Assembly (NCBI GenBank): GCA_965261595.1
Contig: CBDHDG010000005.1
Span: 512,001-576,000, forward strand
From: a bacterium
GTDB lineage: Bacteria > UBA8248 > JACPRG01 > G963555815
DNA length: 64,000 bases
Reading direction: 5' to 3'
Shown here: positions 17,667-25,700 of the stretch, piece by piece
Layout: each line of letters begins with the position of its first letter
Position numbering within the stretch: the first letter of the stretch is position 1
The notes under the pieces: model-generated
Seen by the model: only the letters and a program-made list of their open reading frames with translations
The model's database searches: none
What the model was told of the DNA's origin: nothing
Position numbers and translations under genes: made by a program

Positions 17667-18269
17667 ATGACCACAACCGATCCCCGTCTGACGGGGAGGA
17701 CATTGAATCTGCCCATCTACCGCCGGGCGTGTGAGTTGTGGAAGGGAAACCAAACAGTCTCTCGCGCTCTGGTGTTTCTTGGCGCGAAGCTGGCGGATGC
17801 GAATCATTTCTGTAACCGGCTGGCCAGGCAGACGGACGAGATCAATTCCTCCAATCAGCCGGTGGGCCCGGGCAGATGGCGAACGGTCTCTCGCGAGGCC
17901 GACGCCTTCATCTTTGCCGTCTACGGGGCTTTGGACGCCTACACCCAGGTGGCTGCGCGGGTCGCGGGGGTCGCGACCGACCGGGAGATCAAATTCCCAC
18001 AACTCTCCCGCCTCTTGGCAGAGGAGAGCCGGACTCCCGTCCGGTGGGTCGCGCTTCGGGAATGGATGGAGAGAACCTACCGCGCCCGCTGGTTTGTCGC
18101 GCTTCGCAGGATGCGAAACGAGGTCAACTACCGAAGTGTCCTCCCCTACCCCCTCAAGCAGCCACTCCGGATGCGTGGGCCCCTCGATTGGCCGGCAACC
18201 TACAAGAACGTCATCCATTGCGTTGAAACTGGACTCGGTTACCTGGTGAACGTCAAGCAATCCTTATAA
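17667..18269 (+). CDS. All-helical protein resembling Cthe_2314-type HEPN domains
   Basis: GAGGGGG RBS; FIFAVYGALDAYTQ helix and LRRMRNEVNYR, where RNxxxH is read as RNxxxY. Confidence 0.55.
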   Translation: MTTTDPRLTGRTLNLPIYRRACELWKGNQTVSRALVFLGAKLADANHFCNRLARQTDEINSSNQPVGPGRWRTVSREADAFIFAVYGALDAYTQVAARVAGVATDREIKFPQLSRLLAEESRTPVRWVALREWMERTYRARWFVALRRMRNEVNYRSVLPYPLKQPLRMRGPLDWPATYKNVIHCVETGLGYLVNVKQSL

Positions 18270-18296
18270 GCAGCCGTTTAGGCGGCTCATTGCTGT

Positions 18297-18866
18297 ATGG
18301 CGAAACGCATGAACCAGACCCTCTCTGCCCAATGGGTCCCTCATTTCAAGGACCGCTTTGTCGTCCTGGTTCTGGACAACGAAGTGACGGTCGACCCGTT
18401 CGTGACCCATCCCCCGCTGCCGTGGATTCGGATGGTCGAGCGGGAGGGTGCGTACCGCGTCCCTTCCGGTTATCCCACCAAGCTGACTTCAGAGCAGGCG
18501 GAACGGGAGAGGTTGAACTGGGACCAGGTCTCGCATCCTGCCATCCTTCAGGCGCTGAACGATTTAGGGGACGGGGTGGACTATGTCGTCTTCGGGAACA
18601 ACGCCGCTCAGGGTTTCCCTCTCGCCCAACGGCTTCCTTCCCACTGGCGAGCGGAAAAAGCCGCCGTCCTCTATGTAAGCAGCCTCCCTGAGCAGGAGAC
18701 ATACGAGGCGGAGGGGCGCCGGACCTTCCGCGCCCGGAGCGACTGGATCGCCCACGTGAGGCCCCTGGCCGAGTCGGCGGGAAAACCCCTCGCTCTGGCG
18801 TTCATCAACACCATCCAGCACACCGAAGCCAACTTTCATGTCCCCTGGACCGGCAGGTCGGGTTGA
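18297..18866 (+). CDS. Hypothetical alpha/beta protein (189 aa)
   Basis: 27 nt after the preceding stop; VDYVVFGNNAAQG strand-loop; no family recognised. Confidence 0.7.
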   Translation: MAKRMNQTLSAQWVPHFKDRFVVLVLDNEVTVDPFVTHPPLPWIRMVEREGAYRVPSGYPTKLTSEQAERERLNWDQVSHPAILQALNDLGDGVDYVVFGNNAAQGFPLAQRLPSHWRAEKAAVLYVSSLPEQETYEAEGRRTFRARSDWIAHVRPLAESAGKPLALAFINTIQHTEANFHVPWTGRSG

Positions 18867-18897
18867 TGGGAAATCCTGGTTGATGGGAGAGACGCCA

Positions 18898-19071
18898 ATG
18901 CGGGAAGATCTGGAGGACGCGCTCGATCTTTATGAAGGAATGAACGAGGCCGGCCGCAAGCACTGGCGCGAGCGCGCAGCGTCTTCTATCTCCTTCCAGA
19001 GCGAAGAAGAACGGAAGCTCTTTTTGGATAACCTCGACCGCATCGACCGGGACGAAGAGCGCGAGGAGTGA
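18898..19071 (+). CDS. Small acidic hypothetical protein (57 aa)
   Basis: GGGAGAG RBS before ATG at 18898; MREDLEDALDLYEGMNE...DRDEEREE. Confidence 0.6.
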   Translation: MREDLEDALDLYEGMNEAGRKHWRERAASSISFQSEEERKLFLDNLDRIDRDEEREE

Positions 19072-19126
19072 GCGAATCGCCTTACGCACGAGCGAAAGCG
19101 TCGGGAACTCCCCCCCTCCCCCGCGT

Positions 19127-20284
19127 TCACCTGGTTTCTTTTTCTGAACTTTGGTGGCGGGAAAATGAGACATAGGGCCCCAGGACGCCTTTTGCGGGGG
19201 ACCAGACGACGGCCCTTCTCCCTCTCTTCCATTGGACGAGAAGAGGAGCGCGCGCGCCCAAGGGCCTGCCTGTGGTCGGATCGATTCGGAAGGGACCCAA
19301 GAGGGTCGAGCACCGAAGAGTGGAAGCGGCTTCACGCAAACGTGCGGGATTTCCCCGTCCCGCCAGCTCGAGGCATCGTGCGGCGATGAGACAGGCGGCG
19401 TAAGCCTGCGCCCCAGGATAATCGGCCGAACCACCCAAGCGGGCATTGAGCCGGTCGGCGAATTCCTCCGAGCCCAAGCCCAGATCCGGCCGATGTCCGC
19501 CTTCCACTTCCCACTGACTCGGGCCCAGGAACCCCTCCGCGCTTTGACCCAGCGCTTCACCGAAGGCCGACGCCCCAGCCGCCACCAACGCGACCGCCCG
19601 CGGCTTGAGACGCACTTCCCGCAGGGCGCGTGCGAACGCCAAGTCCTCTTCGAAACGGCCCGCTCCCAGTATCAGGTCAGGCTCGAGGTCTCGAAGCTCG
19701 ACTGCAAGGCGGTTGAGGTCGATTGTGGATACGGGATAGGGTCTCTTCAAGACGACCTCGAATCCCTTCTCGACCGCCCACCTGAGCGCGCCGTCCGCGA
19801 TGGCGGCGGGGAAGCCGCCACGCGCGCCGTAGAGAAGAGCGACCCTCACGCTCGCAAGGCCGCCTTCGCGCACCCATTCGAAGACGCCGCGGAAATAGGT
19901 GCTCGCCGGCGGGGCCAACCCCACGAGGAATCGGAATCCCCGCTCGTAGAGGGTGTCCGCCGACCCTCCATGGTTCCAAAGCGGAATCTTGAAGGACTCC
20001 GCCACGAGAGTGGCGGAGAGGGTCAGCGCGCTCGAATAAGGACCGAGCAGGATTTCGACCCCTTCAGCCCTGATAAGTTTCTCGGTATTGCGGGCGGCTG
20101 GGTCGCGGGCGCTCCTGTCATCCAGAAAGAGAAGATGGGGGAGATCCTTCTCTCCACTTGGGGGGATTGAGATTCCACCTCCTTGCTTCACTTCCTCGGC
20201 CCAACACTCGATCGCGGCCCGGGCCTGTTTGCCCATGGGAGAAAAGGGACCGCTGAGGGAGAGAGACGCCCCGATTCGAAGCAT
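19127..20284 (-). CDS. Branched-chain amino acid (LivJ-like, PBP type 1) substrate-binding protein without signal peptide
   Basis: RIGASLSLSGPFS, LDDRS, ILLGPYSSALT, GPSQW, AQAYAA, TLLGPFRID. Confidence 0.85.
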   Translation of the reverse strand: MLRIGASLSLSGPFSPMGKQARAAIECWAEEVKQGGGISIPPSGEKDLPHLLFLDDRSARDPAARNTEKLIRAEGVEILLGPYSSALTLSATLVAESFKIPLWNHGGSADTLYERGFRFLVGLAPPASTYFRGVFEWVREGGLASVRVALLYGARGGFPAAIADGALRWAVEKGFEVVLKRPYPVSTIDLNRLAVELRDLEPDLILGAGRFEEDLAFARALREVRLKPRAVALVAAGASAFGEALGQSAEGFLGPSQWEVEGGHRPDLGLGSEEFADRLNARLGGSADYPGAQAYAACLIAARCLELAGRGNPARLREAASTLRCSTLLGPFRIDPTTGRPLGARAPLLVQWKRGRRAVVWSPAKGVLGPYVSFSRHQSSEKETR

Positions 20285-20411
20285 CAGGCCTGCACCAGTT
20301 TGTGAAACATGGGGTCAGAATCGAATCCACCCCTCAAAAGCGCGCGCCTTCATCGGGCGACGCGGATACCAAGATGCCGGAGAGCGCCGGGCGATGCAAG
20401 CGTGAATCGGA

Positions 20412-20734
20412 GGACGGCGATCGATGTGCATGGGGCCGACCACCAGGCGTTGAAGTCCTGATCCGCGATTCAAGATTCAAGATTCAAGACGTGACCGTTC
20501 CTCCTTCCCCGGAAGACGGAAGGTCATCGGCGCTCCTTCGCCGTGCCGGACGCCGGTCGGAAGCCTGCGGGGGTCCCCGCCTCTACATTTCAAAGCGGGG
20601 TCCGTACCCGCTCTTTACTGGCCCCATCCCACTTGCTAATCTGTTGGAAAGTGAGAACCGACCACGTTTCTTTTTCCGTCGTGCCATCGCAAGATCGGAT
20701 ACAATACAGAATCTTATAATTGAAGACCTGACCC
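20412..20734 (+). repeat. Copy 1 of a ~320-bp imperfect direct repeat
   Basis: Shares long exact blocks with 21380-21713: CGGAAGACGGAAGGTCATCGG, CCGTGCCGGACGCCGGTCGGAAGCCTGCG, CTACATTTCAAAGCGGGGTC, TGCCATCGCAAGATCGGATACAATACAGAATCTTATAATT. Confidence 0.92.
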
Positions 20735-20774
20735 TATTTCTTTCTCTAATTCTTTCTTGACCCTAATTCTTTCT
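20734..20774 (+). repeat. Three copies of 12-bp CTA(A/T)TTCTTTCT
   Basis: At 20734-20745, 20746-20757 and 20763-20774; the first and third are preceded by TGACC. Confidence 0.85.
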
Positions 20775-20799
20775 GTCATTCCGAGCGTAGCGAGGAATC
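20775..20799 (+). repeat. REP-like palindromic unit 1 (GTCATTCCGAGCG...GAGGAATC)
   Basis: Inverted partner at 21163-21189 and direct partner at 21296-21344. Confidence 0.8.
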
Positions 20800-20839
20800 G
20801 CGCCTCGATTAATAGCAAAGCTTTCCTACCGCGATTTTC

Positions 20840-21187
20840 ATGACCACCATGCGAGCGTACTACGTCTACATCCTGACCAACCCCTCGGGGACCCTTTATA
20901 CCGGCGTCACGAACGACCTTAAGCGGCGGGTCTGGGAGCATAAGCAAAAACTCGTTTCTGGATTCGCTAAGAGGTACAACGTTTCAAGATTGGTTTATTT
21001 TGAGGAGACTTCGGACGTTTATGCGGCCATATCGCGTGAAAAGCAGATCAAGGCTTGGCGGCGGGAGAAAAAGGTCGCGCTCATAGAATCGGTCAACCGG
21101 GATTGGCGCGACTTGAGTGCGGATTGGTTTGAGGACCAAGGACTTTCTCTTGGATCGAGGCAAGATTCCTTTCTGCGCTCGGAATGA
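20840..21187 (+). CDS. Small stand-alone GIY-YIG nuclease (Slx1-like/UPF0213-like)
   Basis: YYVYILTN...LYTGVTNDLKRRVWEH...AISREKQIKAWRREKKVALIE. Confidence 0.93.
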   Translation: MTTMRAYYVYILTNPSGTLYTGVTNDLKRRVWEHKQKLVSGFAKRYNVSRLVYFEETSDVYAAISREKQIKAWRREKKVALIESVNRDWRDLSADWFEDQGLSLGSRQDSFLRSE

Positions 21188-21189
21188 CA
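21163..21189 (-). repeat. REP-like palindromic unit 2 (inverted; contains the GIY-YIG stop codon)
   Basis: Reverse complement TGTCATTCCGAGCGCAGAAAGGAATCT. Confidence 0.8.
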
Positions 21190-21295
21190 CCCGTTGGATC
21201 GCAACGGGGATGAGCATTCCGTGGATTGATGGCCCGGGCGTCTGGCGATGAAGGGAAATCCCTATCCTGATTCCGATTCCAATTCACACGCACAA

Positions 21296-21344
21296 TGTCA
21301 TTCCGAGTGCGGGCGACCGGCCCGCACGAGGAATCCCGCCTCGA
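21296..21344 (+). repeat. REP-like palindromic unit 3 with extended internal hairpin
   Basis: TGTCATTCCGA-GTGCGGGC-GACCG-GCCCGCAC-GAGGAATCCCGCCTCGA. Confidence 0.8.
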
Positions 21345-21379
21345 ACAAGGGTTGAGGGTTTCGCTGGTGGTCGAATAGT

Positions 21380-21713
21380 GGGCGGTGAGCGATCTGTATG
21401 GGGCCGGCAATCAGGCGTTGAAATCCTGACCCGTGATTCAGGATTCAAGACCTGATCGCTCCTTCTTCCACGGAAGACGGAAGGTCATCGGTGGGCCGTT
21501 CACCGTGCCGGACGCCGGTCGGAAGCCTGCGAGGTCTGCATGGACGGGGACGGGGAAAACCCCTACATTTCAAAGCGGGGTCGCACCTGCTTTTTACTGC
21601 CCAATCCCACTCGCTAATCTGTTGGAATGTGAGACCTGATCTCGTTTCTTTCTCCGTCCTGCCATCGCAAGATCGGATACAATACAGAATCTTATAATTC
21701 AAGACCTGAACCC
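21380..21713 (+). repeat. Copy 2 of the ~320-bp imperfect direct repeat
   Basis: See copy 1; carries a short insertion near 21535-21560. Confidence 0.92.
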
Positions 21714-22027
21714 CGTGCCTTTGTGACCCCGTTCCTTTGCATTGCCGATGAAAACCATGAGATCCCCTTTCGGTGATGCCGTCAAGAGAGTTTTGAGGCT
21801 GGTGTGTTGGCAAAGAAGAGAGAGTCAGCCTCATCACTTGTCACCCGGCATTGCCTGTCTGATGGCCCTCGCCAACGGCATGCAAACCAAAGCGCCGGGG
21901 AGCGCGGGGCCGCGCAAGCGTAACCGAGAGTGCGGCGAGCGACCGGTGTCAAGTGGGGGTCAACTCCAAATAAATTATCAAGAGATGATTTGACCCGCTG
22001 TCCTATAGAATCCAGGCTCGTTTCTGG

Positions 22028-23299
22028 CTACCCAACTCTGGGAAAGGAGAGATAGAGCGTTTTTCCCTGATGATCATCTTTTTTACTATAGGAGGCCCGC
22101 CTCTTCGGATGGTCAACAAGTCCTGCCTCCTCCTCCGGGGACCACCCTAATGCGACAAGGCGGTTATTGAATGTCCCCACGCGAACACGATAATGATCTG
22201 CCGCCGCCTTATGAGATTTGAATGTAACACCCGCTATGGTAATCGCCTTTCCAGCCCGACGCTGCGGCCGGGGGGCAATGGCGAGGGCCTCTTCAACGGA
22301 CCATCCCTTCATGAGTCTTTTGCGGAATATTGTTGGCGGTATCCCGAAAGCCCTGGCAACCGCGGAATGAGAAGGGTACCGAACCCCTTCAACGATAATG
22401 GGTTTCCATAGCGGGTGAGGGGGAACAGGTTTTTGTTTTTCTCGTGCTCTCGCTGAATGTGGAGCAGTCCGTAGCGCTTTCTCTACCGGCTCGCCGTTCT
22501 TCAATCGGCGTCGAATGGTTTGGGGGCTTACGATGGCACTTTTATCGACTTCTTGAAGGCCGCCGAAGGATTCGGCGCCGGTTTCCAAATTGAGAGCCCC
22601 CTTCCCGCCGCCCCGCCTCGGTGTCAACCCGACGGCCTGCTCGGGAGTCCAGCCTAGCCATAGGCGGTTATAAAAGAGCTGGTGCGGGATGTTGAAATGT
22701 TCAGCGGCTTTAGCTCTGGAAATATAGACAACGCCATTGATAGAGATTTCCTCGGAGACGGAATCCGCGGCCGTCTCTCGTGGAGTGGATTTCCGTAATG
22801 GGTGCGCGCCGAAGGAGGCTCGGTTTCCGAGGAGGGCTTGCTTTCTCATGATCCAGTCCGGGAATATCGCATCGTGCGCGAAGCCGTTGAGCGCACGATA
22901 CGTGAAGAAGTAGGTCGGGGGCACTCCTTTCAAGTTGGTCACCTGGTCCAGGAGGAGGTGAAAGAGGTGGCCCATGGCCACGCCCCAGAGCCAGGCAGAG
23001 GCGGGATTCAGTACCGCGAGCGCCCAGAGAAGAGCGGACACTTCATACCCGTGAAGGGGCTTGTATGCAGTATCCGTGCGATAGGGCTTTCCGACGCCCA
23101 GCCGGGCCAGACGGCCCAAGGCCTTCCGCAATCCCCACGCATGGATATAATCGAAGATATAGTCCAGGTCGATGGTCCAGCCCGCAAGGAAAAAAGCCGT
23201 TCCCATTTCGGGTGACTCGGTTGCGGCGCCCACGGCGACGCCGGCTACGGCGGATGATACAGTATGGCGCACTGCATTCATGAGCGATCCGTTCCCCAA
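22028..23299 (-). CDS. Fusion of a membrane-bound metal-dependent hydrolase-like domain and four tandem HTH (NUMOD/IENR-like) repeats
   Basis: aa 1-150 hydrophobic with RHT, IDLDY, PLHGYE, HLLLD; aa ~185-400 repeats of the form ITI.G..(Y/F).S...AA..(F/Y).I....F..RL..GW(S/T).E(E/Q)A. Confidence 0.7.
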   Translation of the reverse strand: MGNGSLMNAVRHTVSSAVAGVAVGAATESPEMGTAFFLAGWTIDLDYIFDYIHAWGLRKALGRLARLGVGKPYRTDTAYKPLHGYEVSALLWALAVLNPASAWLWGVAMGHLFHLLLDQVTNLKGVPPTYFFTYRALNGFAHDAIFPDWIMRKQALLGNRASFGAHPLRKSTPRETAADSVSEEISINGVVYISRAKAAEHFNIPHQLFYNRLWLGWTPEQAVGLTPRRGGGKGALNLETGAESFGGLQEVDKSAIVSPQTIRRRLKNGEPVEKALRTAPHSARAREKQKPVPPHPLWKPIIVEGVRYPSHSAVARAFGIPPTIFRKRLMKGWSVEEALAIAPRPQRRAGKAITIAGVTFKSHKAAADHYRVRVGTFNNRLVALGWSPEEEAGLVDHPKRRASYSKKDDHQGKTLYLSFPRVG

Positions 23300-23487
23300 A
23301 GAGGGATGTAGCCCGAATTTCCCATTTTAACCCATATACACGGCATAACTCGAGAATTCCCGGATAACGGTTGGCGTGTAACGATTAGGTTGCCAGGATT
23401 TTGACCGCGTGTAAATGAGTTGTCCCCCGCTCTAGGGTTTTGTTGGACACTCGATTGATCCATGATTCATGGAGAAAGGGTGTCGCG

Positions 23488-23875
23488 ATGAACGAACAAA
23501 AGCAAGAGGGGGCTTTGGCGGAGGGCGCCCGTAGGGCGAACGGAGCCAAGGCCCCAGGGCATCGCAGTGAGCGGGGTCGGTTCTCCTGCCAGGCGCAAGC
23601 GGGAGGCGGTCCTGCGTCTTTTGCGGGGCGAGAGCCTGGAGACGCTCTGCCGCGAGTTGGGCACGACAGCGGCTCGGCTTTCCGCCTGGCGCGAGGCGTT
23701 CCTTCGCGGGGGCGAGGCGGCGCTCAAAGCCCGCCCGGCGGATGAGCGGGCCGAGGAGAACGCCCGGCTCAAGGCCAAGGTGGGCGAACTCACGATGGAG
23801 GGCGAGGTCCTGCGGGAGAAGATCGACCGCCTGGAGGCCGGCCGCCCTTTAGCCGGCAGGAGGTGGAGGCGATGA
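23488..23875 (+). pseudogene. IS3-family OrfA with a 1-nt insertion near 23587
   Basis: MNEQKQEG...GRFS then, in the next frame, ARRKREAVLRLLRGESLETLCRELG...LKAKVGELTME. Confidence 0.8.
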
Positions 23876-24780
23876 GTCAGGCCCGCTTCACCTCCACGGG
23901 CAGAGCCTACGGCCTGAAGCGGGTGTGCGCCCTTTGGGGCTTGGCGCGCTCCACGGTCTACGCGCAACGGCGGCGAGAGGCGGTCCCCGTTCATGAACGC
24001 CCCACGCCCAATAAGCGCGGCCCTGTGGGCCCGTGCACCGATGCGGAACTCCTCGGCCACATCCGGCAGGTCCTGGAGGACTCTCCCTTCCATGGCGAGG
24101 GCTACCGCAAGGTGTGGGCGAGGCTGCGCTTCGCGGGCATCCGCACCAGCAAGGAGCGGGTGCGTCGCCTGATGCGGGAGGCGGGGCTTCAGGCCCCTCA
24201 CCGGGTGGGCAAACCCCGAGGTCCCAAGGCCCACAACGGGACCATCCGCACCGAGCGGCCCGACCGAATGTGGGGCACGCACATGACGACGACGGTGACC
24301 ACCGATGAGGGGATGGCCTCGGTGTTCGTGGCGGTGGATCACTGCTCGGTGGACTGCGTGGGGATCCATGCGGCCAAGAGCGGCAACCGCTTCGAGGCCC
24401 TGGAGCCGATCCGGCAGGGGGTCGCCGAGCGCTTCGCCGGCTTGGAGGCGGACGTCGCCGAGGGGCTTAAAGTTCGTCACGACCACGGCCCCGCCTATCT
24501 GTCCGATGACTTTCAGCGGGAGATCGCCTACCTGGGCATGACCAGTTCGCCCAGCTTCGTGCGGGCGCCCGAGGGAAATGGCTACTGTGAGTGGTTTATC
24601 CGCATCTTGAAGGAGAATCTCCTGTGGGTGCGCTCTTTCGCCACCGTAGAGGAACTGCGGTGGGCGCTGCTTGAGTTCAAGAACCTGTACAACCATCATT
24701 GGATTCTCGAGGGCTACGGCTACCGAACGCCGGCCCAGGCAAGGCAGGAAAAACTCGCTCAAGTTGCGGAGGCCGCATGA
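23872..24780 (+). CDS. IS3-family OrfB transposase; first catalytic Asp replaced by His
   Basis: GEGYRKVWARLR, WGTHMT (expected WGTDMT), RHDHG, PEGNGYCE. Confidence 0.85.
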   Translation: MSQARFTSTGRAYGLKRVCALWGLARSTVYAQRRREAVPVHERPTPNKRGPVGPCTDAELLGHIRQVLEDSPFHGEGYRKVWARLRFAGIRTSKERVRRLMREAGLQAPHRVGKPRGPKAHNGTIRTERPDRMWGTHMTTTVTTDEGMASVFVAVDHCSVDCVGIHAAKSGNRFEALEPIRQGVAERFAGLEADVAEGLKVRHDHGPAYLSDDFQREIAYLGMTSSPSFVRAPEGNGYCEWFIRILKENLLWVRSFATVEELRWALLEFKNLYNHHWILEGYGYRTPAQARQEKLAQVAEAA

Positions 24781-25002
24781 GGTCGAATACCCTCACCCGA
24801 GTGTCCAATAACCCAGGGGCGGTCCAGCTCGACCCTGACGGCAACCCCGTCACCCAGGAGCGGTCCGAACAAATTTACGGCCCGGAGGTCGGCCGGTAAG
24901 GGAAAATCGGATCAGCGCCGGCCGGCCGTTGAGCCGATCTCGCGGCCTCAACGAAATCTTGATGAGAAATCCAGCACAATCGGCGGTCAAGGAGAATTCA
25001 AA

Positions 25003-25605
25003 ATGGGTGATGAGAAAGTGATCCGCGTTCCGGCCGGGAATGCGAGGGCCTTCGAGGCGAAGGCCGGCCAATACGTGACGGTCGTCAATCTGGAGGGCCG
25101 GCAGGTCGGGGACTTTATGGTCTTCAACCCGGAAAACCTGAACGAGAAGCTCAGCACGAATGCCACCATCGTGCACATTAATAAGCTTTTTCCCGGTGTC
25201 GGGGATGAGATCCTCTCGGACCTCAGAAACCCGATGCTCGAAGTCGTCCGGGATGACTGCGGGCGTCACGACCTCCTCATTGCGGCCTGCGATCCCCGCA
25301 GGTATGAGATTTATTACAATGTCTCGGGCCACTCGAACTGCTCGGACAACTTCATCGAGGCCTTACGTCCCTGGAAGCTCGAGCGTCACCAACTCCCCCA
25401 ACCCATCAACCTCTTCCAGAACATGGGGTACGACGACGATGGGGGGCTGGAGTTCCGGGAATCCCTCGCCAAGCCCGGCGACCGGATCGTCTTCCGGGCC
25501 GGGATGGACCTGGTGGGGGGCGTCTCCTCCTGCCCAATGGACCTGAACCCCATTTCGGGATTCAAGGTCACGGACCTGGAGATCCGGGTTTCGGACTCCG
25601 TGTAA
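25003..25605 (+). CDS. DUF1989 / urea-carboxylase-associated family protein
   Basis: LEGRQVGDF, DDCGRHDLLIAACD, HSNCSDN, PINLFQN, VSSCPMDLNP; AAGGAG RBS. Confidence 0.9.
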   Translation: MGDEKVIRVPAGNARAFEAKAGQYVTVVNLEGRQVGDFMVFNPENLNEKLSTNATIVHINKLFPGVGDEILSDLRNPMLEVVRDDCGRHDLLIAACDPRRYEIYYNVSGHSNCSDNFIEALRPWKLERHQLPQPINLFQNMGYDDDGGLEFRESLAKPGDRIVFRAGMDLVGGVSSCPMDLNPISGFKVTDLEIRVSDSV

Positions 25606-25700
25606 AGCACCCGAAGTTGCGCTGGATCGGCGCCCTTCAGCTTCGGCCGGAACCTGTATTCAGGGCGCGCCCCTCACAGATGATTCGGCCGCTCTTTGAG

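Larger units (their letters stand above)
23421..24826 (+). mobile_element. IS3-family insertion sequence, probably defective; no target duplication seen
   Basis: Imperfect TIRs sharing TTGGACACTCG; right end ...GGGGCGGTCCA; orfA and orfB inside. Left boundary approximate. Confidence 0.85.

Noticed and set aside
20412..21713. CRISPR array or integron attC array
   Set aside because: No regularly spaced identical 23-47-bp repeats with unique spacers, no cas or intI genes, and no convincing paired RYYYAAC/GTTRRRY cores.
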